The notes beneath the pieces were generated by a model. It was given only the letters and a program-made list of their open reading frames with translations, was not told the DNA's origin and made no database searches. From Desulfuromonadales bacterium (GTDB taxonomy: Bacteria > Desulfobacterota > Desulfuromonadia > Desulfuromonadales > BM103): a stretch of 64,000 nucleotides of DNA. The DNA lies in assembly GCA_030145195.1 (NCBI GenBank), contig JAQYVY010000002.1, positions 57,285-121,284 on the forward strand. Reading direction: 5' to 3'. Of this stretch, positions 44,451 to 53,235 are shown piece by piece. Position 1 is the stretch's first letter. Each line of letters starts with the position of its first letter. The translations under genes and the position numbers were made by a program.

Positions 44451-46796
44451 ATGTCCAGGAACAGAGAGATCATTCACATTCTGTTGGTTGAACACAACGA
44501 AACAATTGTTAAAGAAGCCCTGAAGTCTTGGCAGGCCCAGGTCAAGTTAACAGTTGTGCAAACCCTTGCTGCAGCGCATGACTTTTTGAGAAAGGCTTTA
44601 CCCCATCTTGTGCTCGTTGATTCACTTCTGCCAGATGGAAAAGGCATTGATCTTTTACCCATCACCCAAAGAGGGTCGGGCTGTCCTGTGGTAATAATGG
44701 GCAGCCATGGCGATGAAACTGCTGCGGTCACTGCGTTGAAAGCAGGTGCGATCGATTACGTGGTCAAGTCCTCCGCGATACGGGTCAACATCGCCAGTAT
44801 TGTAGAAAACACCTTGCAAGAGTGGAGACAGCTTGCCGAGCACAAACAAGCTCAGGACACTCAACGAAAGAGTGAAGCGCAATTCCTCTCAATCTTCAAG
44901 TCGGCCTCCGCAGGTATTGCCATTCTTGGAGTGCAAGGCGAGATCCTGCAAGCCAATCCGATGTTTTGTCAGCTTCTCGGTTATTCCAACAAGGAACTCC
45001 TGAAGTTAAAGCTAAACGATATAACCCACCCGGAGGATCGTCAGAGGACACAAAGCCTCTACGCAGACCTCCTTGCCGATCGAAGAAAGACCATCGACTA
45101 TGAAAAGCGTTATTTGAAGAAAGACGGCTCCAGCTTCTGGGGGCACCCAACGGTCGCCCGAGTTGCTGGCTCTGACCAGACCCTGCTTCACTTCGTGGCT
45201 CAGATTCAGGATATCAGCGAGCGCCGTCGGGCGGAAAAAGAACTGCTCACGGCTCACCAGCAGCTGCAGAATATTATAGAGTTTCTTCCAGACGCGACCT
45301 TCGTAATTGATCGAGAAAAAAGGGTTACCGCCTGGAATCGGTCCATGGAGGAGAAGACCGGGATTCGCAAAGAGGACATTCTCGGCCGGGGGGAAAACGC
45401 TTATTCCGAAGCACTATACGGAGAACACAAACCGATTCTGATTGATTTGATCGGAGGCTCCGATACTGAAAAAGAGGCCCAGTACAGCTTTTTTGAAAAA
45501 AAAGGAAAAACTTTGTTCGCCGAGCGGTTTATGCCAACCCTCTATGGTGGCAAAGGCGGCCACGTCTGGCTTAAGGCTTCGCCGCTGTATGATCTGGAGG
45601 GGAATCTCGTCGGTGCCATAGAATCGATCCGAAACATTACCGACCGCAAGCTGGCCGAGCAGGAGCTTCGTCTCGCTCACCAACAAATGCAGGACATCAT
45701 CGAGTTTTTGCCTGACGCCACCTTTGTGATCGGCAAGAGCAAAAAAGTTTTAGCCTGGAACCGGGCCATGGAGGAGATGAGCGGAGTCAACAAGGAAGAG
45801 ATGGTTGGTCAGGAAGACTATGCCTACTCCGTTCCTTTTTATGGGAAAAGAAGGCCAATCCTGATTGATCTGATCGGCTCCCCTGACTTGGAGAAAAAGG
45901 CCCAATACGATTTCGTAGGGAACCGGGGCGAGACAATCTTCGTCGAACAGTATCTGCCCAACCTTTACGGCGAAAAGGGCGCTTATGTCTGGGCAACGGC
46001 ATCGCAACTTCTTGATCAAGAGGGGAATCCTGCCGGTGCCATTGAGTCGATACGTGATATTACCGACCGCAAGCAGACTGAAGAAAAACTAAAAGAAGCA
46101 AACCGCGAGCTGGATTCCTTTGTTTACACCGTTGCGCACGATTTGCGTTCTCCTTTGACACCCATCATTGGCTATGCTCAGCATCTAAAGGTTACGTATG
46201 AGGAGCAACTTGATGAGCAAGCCCTTAATTGCCTGATGCAGATCGAAACCCAGGGGGATAAAATGGCTGCCTTGTTGGAAGATCTGCTGTCGCTTGCCAA
46301 GGTCGGCCATCTTGAGAGACCAACCGCTCCCGTTGATCTTGACCTGGTCGCGCAAGAGGTCATCACTGGTTTGGGGAGCTTAATCGCCAGCAAGGAAGGG
46401 GTTGTTCTCAGGAAAGCTCTACCAAAGCTTTTCGTGCCCAAAATGCTTTTGTTTCAGGTTCTCAATAATCTGATCGGCAATGCCGTTCGCTATGCAGACA
46501 ATGATGCTGGCCCGATAGAAGTCGGAGGGGAACGATCCGGAGCGCGGGTTAGCCTCTATGTGCGTGACCATGGTCCAGGAGCCACCGTCGAAGAGCGTAA
46601 CCGCATCTTTGATGTATTCACCCGGGGTGCTGCCAGCAAAGATATTAAGGGAACAGGGGTGGGCCTCGCCATAGTGCAAAAGATTGCGCGGCTCTATGAA
46701 GGCAAGGCCTGGGTGGAGGACACGCCCGGTGGTGGTAGCACCTTCTGGGTGGAGATGGTGGATACTCCCCGACAGTATCCCCCCTCCAAGGCATAA
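44451..46796 (+). CDS. Hybrid sensor: N-terminal receiver, three PAS modules, HisKA and HATPase_c
   Basis: Receiver ILLVEHNE..LVLVDSLLPDGKG. PAS/PAC modules. H-box FVYTVAHDLRSPLTPI. N/G boxes NLIGNAVRY and GTGVGLAIV. ATG 44451 has GAGAGGGGGA upstream. Confidence 0.85.
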   Translation: MSRNREIIHILLVEHNETIVKEALKSWQAQVKLTVVQTLAAAHDFLRKALPHLVLVDSLLPDGKGIDLLPITQRGSGCPVVIMGSHGDETAAVTALKAGAIDYVVKSSAIRVNIASIVENTLQEWRQLAEHKQAQDTQRKSEAQFLSIFKSASAGIAILGVQGEILQANPMFCQLLGYSNKELLKLKLNDITHPEDRQRTQSLYADLLADRRKTIDYEKRYLKKDGSSFWGHPTVARVAGSDQTLLHFVAQIQDISERRRAEKELLTAHQQLQNIIEFLPDATFVIDREKRVTAWNRSMEEKTGIRKEDILGRGENAYSEALYGEHKPILIDLIGGSDTEKEAQYSFFEKKGKTLFAERFMPTLYGGKGGHVWLKASPLYDLEGNLVGAIESIRNITDRKLAEQELRLAHQQMQDIIEFLPDATFVIGKSKKVLAWNRAMEEMSGVNKEEMVGQEDYAYSVPFYGKRRPILIDLIGSPDLEKKAQYDFVGNRGETIFVEQYLPNLYGEKGAYVWATASQLLDQEGNPAGAIESIRDITDRKQTEEKLKEANRELDSFVYTVAHDLRSPLTPIIGYAQHLKVTYEEQLDEQALNCLMQIETQGDKMAALLEDLLSLAKVGHLERPTAPVDLDLVAQEVITGLGSLIASKEGVVLRKALPKLFVPKMLLFQVLNNLIGNAVRYADNDAGPIEVGGERSGARVSLYVRDHGPGATVEERNRIFDVFTRGAASKDIKGTGVGLAIVQKIARLYEGKAWVEDTPGGGSTFWVEMVDTPRQYPPSKA

Positions 46797-46923
46797 CCTC
46801 GGCCGGAAGCCAACAGCGGATTCCGAACCACAGTGGCGTCTGGTTCGTCTAATACCAGGGGATAACGAGGGTTAGGGCCTCGCTGCTAATCAAATAAATC
46901 ACGAACTGGTTTGCCAACAAAAA

Positions 46924-47395
46924 AGTGGCCGAAGATAACAGTAAGCCGGGTTCTGTTCCCCGCAACGGTTACCCGTTTCGGAGCGACGATCATTCCTCTA
47001 GGACCATTGTTGCCAATGGCCTCAAGCAGCCAACCCGGGAGTCTCGGACGGGCCGTCCTCAAACACTCCCCTATTCGGCCTTGCTCCGGATGGGGTTTAC
47101 CGAGCTGCCGACGTCACCGCCAGCACTGGTGAGCTCTTACCTCACCCTTTCACCCTTACTCCACCTACGCCACCGCAAGCGGCGGCTACGGCGGACAGGC
47201 CTTTCACATGGATCGGCTCGTTCGCCGAAGCTATAGCGAAGGAGAAGCGGTCTTCTCTCTGTGGCACTTTCCCTGGGGTTGCCCCCGGTCCCCGTTAAGG
47301 ACCATCCTGCCCTGCGGAGCCCGGACTTTCCTCCCGTCCACCAAGGCCCAATTAAGGACAACGGTAAACCGGCGATCGCCTGGTTATCTCCGACC
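46924..47395 (-). ncRNA. rnpB: RNase P RNA, bacterial type A
   Basis: Minus strand contains GGGAGGAAAGTCCGGGCTCC, GTAAGGGTGAAAGGGTGAGGTAAGAGCTCACC, GGTAAACCCCATCCGGAGCAAGGCCGAATAGGGG and ACAGAACCCGGCTTAC. The 5' GGTCGGAGATAAC pairs with the 3' GTTATCTTCGGCC (P1, including G-U pairs). Confidence 0.92.
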
Positions 47396-47405
47396 ACATT
47401 AACTG

Positions 47406-48116
47406 TTAGCTTAGCGCGATAACAAAGAGTAAACGATTACAGTGTGGACAAGTCTGCAACTCATTTAGGATGAACAAGCTATTGTACATCTGCGGCGGCA
47501 AGTGCATGTGGCAACCCTGGCAAGCGCCGTTTCTCGCCTCGACCACAGCCACACCAGCTCGGCGCGCCATCAACAGTTCGTAGCGCTTGCGCAGGCTTGT
47601 CGGCAGACCCTTCATGAGATTATCACGTTGCCGACCCATTTTATCAAGCTTGGCCTTCACGTCGACCAGCAAGGTGTCAATCTCGGAACGCTTGGCATTG
47701 GCTTGCTCAGTCTGGCTAGCCAATTCAGCGTCCTTTTCTGCCTTGTCAGCATTGAGAGACTCCAGAACCTGATTCTTGGCATCGATCTGCGCCTGCAGTT
47801 CCTTCTCCATTTTTTTAGCCGTATCGACTTCCTTGAGAACTGCTACGTACTCCTTCTGCGTCTTGATCTGAGGCAGACGTTCTTCTGAACGGGTGACGTT
47901 CTCCAACTCCAGAGTCATAGCATTCAAAAGTTCTTTCTTTCCACTTTCAAGAAGGCTAATTTCCTCAGCGAGACTGTTAGACATCTCCTGCAACCGATCA
48001 AGGCCCTGCTGAAGTTCCTGCTGTTCGGCAAGACCGACCTGCTGCTGTTTTTCAATGTCCAGTTTGCCCTTGTCCAACTCCTGTAAGTCTTGCAGCAATT
48101 GTAACTGCTTCTGCAC
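47406..48116 (-). CDS. Coiled-coil C4 zinc-ribbon protein (DUF164/COG1579-like)
   Basis: Long Gln/Glu/Leu/Lys coiled coil followed by CQGCHMHL..CPHCNRLL. GTG start. Usual partner of the Nif3-family gene upstream. Confidence 0.75.
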   Translation of the reverse strand: MQKQLQLLQDLQELDKGKLDIEKQQQVGLAEQQELQQGLDRLQEMSNSLAEEISLLESGKKELLNAMTLELENVTRSEERLPQIKTQKEYVAVLKEVDTAKKMEKELQAQIDAKNQVLESLNADKAEKDAELASQTEQANAKRSEIDTLLVDVKAKLDKMGRQRDNLMKGLPTSLRKRYELLMARRAGVAVVEARNGACQGCHMHLPPQMYNSLFILNELQTCPHCNRLLFVIALS

Positions 48117-48214
48117 GATAAACGCCTCCCTTGTCTAGTTACACGTTGTTAACAGCTGCGATAAAGCTGCTATTTGGCCTGACTCCATGTGTCGTCCAGT
48201 GAGTCAGGCTTGAC

Positions 48215-49339
48215 TCAGTAAATCCGGAAAGGATCGTGCTCTCCGGAATATTCTTCAACCACAATGTCCCAACCACGGCCCAATGCTGACTGTCGCAGAA
48301 CCTCGGACATCTGTCCAATCATCAGCCGTTCAGTCGCAAAGTGACCAGCATCAACCAACACTATGCCGAGGTCTTCGGCCTGTCGGGCCTCATGATACTT
48401 GACGTCGCCAGTAACCAGCACATCTGCGCCCTGGCGATGAGCAGTCCGAAGAAGCCCAGCACCAGCACCGCCGCAAACGGCAACCTTGCGAATGGGGCGG
48501 GTCGACAGACCCGACACACGAACAGACTGGCAGCCGAGGCTCGCCTTAATCTGAGCGACAAAATCATCCAGTGTCAGCTCCTGTTCCAAACGCCCAATCC
48601 GACCCATGCCGACACCAGGAGACTCTTTCTGCAAAGGGATCAGATCATAAGCCACCTCTTCGTAGGGGTGAGCCTTGAGCATCTTCTCCAGCACACGTGC
48701 CAGCCGACCTCGCGGCACAATCATCTCCAGCCTGATTTCGGCAACCGTCTCCGACTGGCCGACTTTGCCGATAAAAGGTTTGCTACCCTCTCCAGGCCGG
48801 AAGGTGCCTTCGCCGCAGCTACGAAAAGAACAACCGGCGTAATTGCCAATTTCCCCGGCACCGGCGGCAAAGAGTGCTTCAGCAACGGCCTCTTCATAGC
48901 CAGTCGGCACAAAAACAACCAGCTTGAGATAATTGCCAGCGGCCGGTTGCAATGGCAGCGTCTGCGTCAGACCCAGGCAATCAGCCAGCCAACTATTGAG
49001 ACCGTCAGCAGCAGAATCAAGATTGGTATGAGCACTGATAATTGCCACTCCTGATTGCACCGCTGTCCAAACAATCTCTCCAACTGGATCATCTGGCGTC
49101 AATTTCTTCAACGGGCTAAAAAGCAGCGGGTGATGAGTAACCAGTGCCTGGGCACCGGCACTATGGGCGGCATGCACAGCAGCCAAGCAGGGGTCAAGCG
49201 ACACCATGACCCGCTCCAGCGCTGCACCAGGATCGCCAACTTGAAGGCCGACATTGTCCCAAGCCTCGGCCAACTCCGGTGCATAAAGGGCATGCACTAG
49301 CCCGACCAGATCGTGTATGCGTTGAAACCTTTTACCCAT
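48215..49339 (-). CDS. Nif3-family dinuclear metal centre protein (YqfO/YbgI-like, with PII-like insert)
   Basis: WDNVGLQVGD, LVTHHPLLF, ISAHTNLD and DAGHFATE motifs. ATG 49339 is preferred over 49414. Confidence 0.85.
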   Translation of the reverse strand: MGKRFQRIHDLVGLVHALYAPELAEAWDNVGLQVGDPGAALERVMVSLDPCLAAVHAAHSAGAQALVTHHPLLFSPLKKLTPDDPVGEIVWTAVQSGVAIISAHTNLDSAADGLNSWLADCLGLTQTLPLQPAAGNYLKLVVFVPTGYEEAVAEALFAAGAGEIGNYAGCSFRSCGEGTFRPGEGSKPFIGKVGQSETVAEIRLEMIVPRGRLARVLEKMLKAHPYEEVAYDLIPLQKESPGVGMGRIGRLEQELTLDDFVAQIKASLGCQSVRVSGLSTRPIRKVAVCGGAGAGLLRTAHRQGADVLVTGDVKYHEARQAEDLGIVLVDAGHFATERLMIGQMSEVLRQSALGRGWDIVVEEYSGEHDPFRIY

Positions 49340-49439
49340 ATCCCCTAATAAAAAAGAGTGCAACCTTGTTTTCGGCTGCACTCTTTTCCTTCCTGAGAAT
49401 CTATGTTTAAGCACATTTTATTCATGGCACTCGGGCGGG

Positions 49440-49515
49440 TGGTGGGCCCACCAGGGTTCGAACCTGGGACCGACCGGTTATGAGCCGGTGGCTCTTCCAA
49501 CTGAGCTATGGGCCC
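49440..49515 (-). tRNA. tRNA with CAT anticodon (elongator Met, or Ile2 if lysidine-modified)
   Basis: Minus strand reads GGGCCCATAGCTCAGTTGGAAGAGCCACCGGCTCATAACCGGTCGGTCCCAGGTTCGAACCCTGGTGGGCCCACCA. 7-bp acceptor stem, GCTC/GAGC D stem, ACCGG/CCGGT anticodon stem, loop CTCATAA, T arm CCAGG-TTCGAAC-CCTGG, and an encoded CCA. Confidence 0.92.
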
Positions 49516-49597
49516 GCAAAAGTTCAAAGTAAAAGTGTATGTTGCGTATTCTGCTCTGTCAATCACTATACAGTGCACGACTCCAGTGGAGAAAACT

Positions 49598-51361
49598 TTA
49601 GTTGTTGCTGTTGGTCTCAATAAAACTTTTCAAACGCTTGGCCCGGCTCGGATGACGTAATTTACGCAGAGCTTTGGCTTCGATCTGACGAATCCGCTCA
49701 CGAGTCACGGCAAAGTCCTGGCCAACCTCTTCGAGAGTATGATCCGATTTCTCACCGATGCCAAAACGCATCCGCAGCACACGCTCTTCGCGCGGGGTCA
49801 AGGTGGCAAGTACCTTGGCCGTCTGATCAGAGAGATTGCCTTTAATAACGGCTTCAAGCGGTGAGATCACACCCTTGTCTTCAATAAAATCACCCAGCGA
49901 GGAATCCTCTTCCTCACCGATTGGTGTTTCCAGACTGATCGGTTCCTTTGCAATCTTCAGCACCCGACGAACTTTTTCCAGCGGCAATTCCATGCGCTCG
50001 GCGATCTCTTCTGGAATTGGCTCACGGCCAATTTCCTGAACCAACTGTCGGCTAGTGCGGATCAACTTGTTGATCGTCTCGATCATATGAACCGGGATAC
50101 GAATGGTCCGTGCCTGATCGGCAATCGCCCGGGTAATTGCCTGACGAATCCACCAGGTAGCATAAGTCGAAAACTTGTAGCCCCGCTGGTACTCAAACTT
50201 GTCAACGGCCTTCATCAGACCAATGTTGCCTTCCTGAATCAGGTCGAGAAATTGTAGGCCACGGTTGGTGTATTTTTTGGCAATAGAAACCACCAGCCGC
50301 AGGTTGGCTTCGACCAACTCAGTCTTGGCCTGTTTGGCCCGCCACTCGCCCTTATTGACTTCTTTGAGTGACTCAAGCAGCTCTTCAGGAGCAAACCCCG
50401 ATTCCTCTTCGACCTTTAGGAATTTGCGATCCGTGCCCTTCAAGCGCTTCTCAACAACCAACAAGGTATCCATTGGCTGATTGAGTTCTTCAGAGACAGC
50501 TCGGGCATCTTTTTCACTCTTGCGCATTTTGCGCAAAAGCTTGCTGATCTCGGCATAAGGCCGACCGAGACTCTCTTCACAAGCATTGACTTCTTGCCTG
50601 GCTTTTTTAACCTGTTTGGCCAGCTCTTTGAGCTGGTCCACAATTTTGGCAATCTGGTAATCTTTGAGACGGATCTGGTTCATCAGATCACCCATTTCCG
50701 CCTTAAGGGTTTCCATCTCTTTATCGAGAGGCTTGCGCGCCGTTTTAGTGGCAGCGGCAGCATCATCTCGCAGGGTCATGAAACGATCGTAGCGTCCCTT
50801 AATTTCTTCGAGTAAGCCGACGACCCGTACGCGATGACGGTCTTCTGCTTCGGCACCTTCTTCCTCGTCGTAATCCTTGGTGATCTCGGCGATACTCAGC
50901 TGTCCTTTGAGATGCCGATCCCCCAAAGCAACTACTTCTTTAAACGCAATCGGCGTCTTGACAATCACCCGCGCGACCAAGGCTTCACCCTCTTCAATTC
51001 GCTTGGCAATTTCGACCTCACCTTCCCTGGTCAAAAGAGAAACCTGCCCCATCTCGCGCAGGTACATCCTGACCGGGTCACTGGTGCGGCCCATCACATC
51101 GGTATCGAATTCAGCTTCTTCCTCGCTGTCATCGTTTGAGGACGACTCGGCACGTTGCTCTTTCGCTGCAGCAGCCTTGCGCTCCGTATCGACGACTTCG
51201 ATATCCATCTCACCGAACATGCTCATAACATCATCAAGCTGTTCCGAAGAAACCATATCAGCAGGCAAGACATCATTGACCTCATCATAGGTAAGGTAAC
51301 CCTTTTCCTTGCCGAGATCGATTAACTGCTGGACTTCTTCTATACTGGTCTTTTTGGCCAT
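49598..51361 (-). CDS. rpoD: RNA polymerase sigma-70 factor RpoD
   Basis: Regions 1.1 to 4.2 are present ([91 protein letters not shown]). ATG 51361 is preferred. Confidence 0.95.
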   Translation of the reverse strand: MAKKTSIEEVQQLIDLGKEKGYLTYDEVNDVLPADMVSSEQLDDVMSMFGEMDIEVVDTERKAAAAKEQRAESSSNDDSEEEAEFDTDVMGRTSDPVRMYLREMGQVSLLTREGEVEIAKRIEEGEALVARVIVKTPIAFKEVVALGDRHLKGQLSIAEITKDYDEEEGAEAEDRHRVRVVGLLEEIKGRYDRFMTLRDDAAAATKTARKPLDKEMETLKAEMGDLMNQIRLKDYQIAKIVDQLKELAKQVKKARQEVNACEESLGRPYAEISKLLRKMRKSEKDARAVSEELNQPMDTLLVVEKRLKGTDRKFLKVEEESGFAPEELLESLKEVNKGEWRAKQAKTELVEANLRLVVSIAKKYTNRGLQFLDLIQEGNIGLMKAVDKFEYQRGYKFSTYATWWIRQAITRAIADQARTIRIPVHMIETINKLIRTSRQLVQEIGREPIPEEIAERMELPLEKVRRVLKIAKEPISLETPIGEEEDSSLGDFIEDKGVISPLEAVIKGNLSDQTAKVLATLTPREERVLRMRFGIGEKSDHTLEEVGQDFAVTRERIRQIEAKALRKLRHPSRAKRLKSFIETNSNN

Positions 51362-51447
51362 CAAGACTCCCCTCAACGATACTTAGCCAAGCATAGCGTT
51401 GGTAATTTTTAGACAAGCTAGGAACTATATGCTCTCAGCGCCACAAT

Positions 51448-53235
51448 TCAAAGCTTTTTTTTGAGTTTCTGGTTTATTTCTGTACGCTCACGCAAATATT
51501 GCATCAGCGTGTCTTCATCATTATTGCTTTTTGCCTCTATTTCCAGAGCCCCAATCTCTTTCAGCCTGCGCTTCAGCACGTAATGACTCACCGCGCGGCG
51601 GCAATCGGTAAAGATCTTTTCAGGGTTGTCCGCCCAGCCGAGGTCTTCCCCCAGAGTGAGGCCGCTTAACAGGGACTGCTGCGTCTCACTCAAGTGCGGA
51701 CTGAACAGATCATCGGGCAAGCGACCGTCTTCGTCCTCACAGCCGAGGAGGTACTCGGCCAAGCCGCGGTTTTCTTCGTTAAAAAACAACCCGGCAAGAC
51801 CCTCTTCTCGAACCCTTTGACGTTGTTGATCGTCGACCATCATCAAGCGCAACAGGTATTTTTGCGCTTGCCCCGTCTCAATAGCTGGTGGCTTGGGGTC
51901 CGCTACTGGCCGCGCCGCCGCCCGACGAACGGGCGCAACGGCGGAGCCGCCGCGACTTTTGCCCTGCAACAACTCGACATCAAAACCGGTCAACTCAGCC
52001 AAACGTTTGGTATAAAGACTCCGTTCGAGATCCCCCGGCAAGCGGCGGATGCGTTCCAGCACCTGCTCAGCAGCCCGCGCCCGGCCTTCGACACTGTCAT
52101 CCTGAACTCGCAACTGGTCTTCGATAAAGACTTCAAGCACTGGCCGAGCTGCGTCCAGACACTCGCGGAAACCGGCTTCACCTCTAGCCTTGACCAAGGA
52201 GTCAGGATCTTCTCCAACCGGCAGACCAACAACGCTGACCGCCAGACCGACTGACAGCAAAGCGTCCATGGCCCGAAAAGTGGCCTTACGACCAGCAGCA
52301 TCTTCATCAAAAATCAACAAAATCTTCTCGGCATAGCGCTTGAGCAACCGAGCGTGTTCAGCAGTCAGAGCCGTACCACAGGTGGCAACCGCTCCGGCGA
52401 AACCCGCGCGATGCAGGGCCAACACATCAAAGTAGCCCTCGACCACCAGCGCTTCCCCGCTATGCCGCATCGCATCTCGGGCCTGATAAAGACCGTAAAA
52501 AATCTCGCTCTTGTGATAAACCGTTGTCTCCGGGGAGTTGATGTACTTGGGTAAACTGTCATCGAGCACCCGACCACCGAAAGCCACGACCCGACCCTGC
52601 AGATCGTGAATTGGGAAAAGCAGCCGGTTGCGGAAAAGGTCGTAATCACCCCGCCCCTGCTTGCCGGGGCGGACCAGTCCGGTCTGGCGAACATCTTCCG
52701 TCGAGAAACCTTTTTGCGCCAAATGAGTGGCGAGCGCATCCCAACCTTCTGGGGCAAAACCAAGCTGGTAGGAACGGACCGTTTCGCCTTCGTAACCACG
52801 CTGACGCAGGTAGCGTCGTCCGGCGACCGCGCCGTCCCCTTCAAGGAGCACCTGATGATAAAAGTCGTTGGCGACTTCATTGATCCGCACTAAGCGCTCG
52901 CGGGCCTCCCGCTGTCGAAGTTCTTCAGGAGAGACCGCCTCCTCCTCAACCTCGATCCCGACCCGTTCGCCCATCCGTTTGACCGCTTCAGGAAAGCTGA
53001 CGCCCTCCATGCGCATCAGAAAGGAGAAAACATTGCCGCCGACCCCACAACCAAAACAATGAAAAATTTGCCGCGTGGAGTTGACGTTGAAAGAGGGCGA
53101 TTTCTCCTGATGAAACGGGCAGAGCCCCTGATGATTGGCGCCTGAGTGTTTAAGCGGCAGATAACTCGAAATCACCTCGACGATATCGGTGCGATCACGA
53201 ATTTCCTGAATTTTGTCATCCGGTATGCGTCCCAT
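51448..53235 (-). CDS. dnaG: DNA primase
   Basis: Zinc finger CPFHQEKSPSFNV..FHCFGCG, and Toprim EGYFDVLAL .. LIFDEDAAGRKA. Confidence 0.95.
   Translation of the reverse strand: MGRIPDDKIQEIRDRTDIVEVISSYLPLKHSGANHQGLCPFHQEKSPSFNVNSTRQIFHCFGCGVGGNVFSFLMRMEGVSFPEAVKRMGERVGIEVEEEAVSPEELRQREARERLVRINEVANDFYHQVLLEGDGAVAGRRYLRQRGYEGETVRSYQLGFAPEGWDALATHLAQKGFSTEDVRQTGLVRPGKQGRGDYDLFRNRLLFPIHDLQGRVVAFGGRVLDDSLPKYINSPETTVYHKSEIFYGLYQARDAMRHSGEALVVEGYFDVLALHRAGFAGAVATCGTALTAEHARLLKRYAEKILLIFDEDAAGRKATFRAMDALLSVGLAVSVVGLPVGEDPDSLVKARGEAGFRECLDAARPVLEVFIEDQLRVQDDSVEGRARAAEQVLERIRRLPGDLERSLYTKRLAELTGFDVELLQGKSRGGSAVAPVRRAAARPVADPKPPAIETGQAQKYLLRLMMVDDQQRQRVREEGLAGLFFNEENRGLAEYLLGCEDEDGRLPDDLFSPHLSETQQSLLSGLTLGEDLGWADNPEKIFTDCRRAVSHYVLKRRLKEIGALEIEAKSNNDEDTLMQYLRERTEINQKLKKKL

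Noticed and set aside
49345-49620. 91-aa minus-strand ORF
   Set aside because: It runs straight through the tRNA gene at 49440-49515 and is an artefact.
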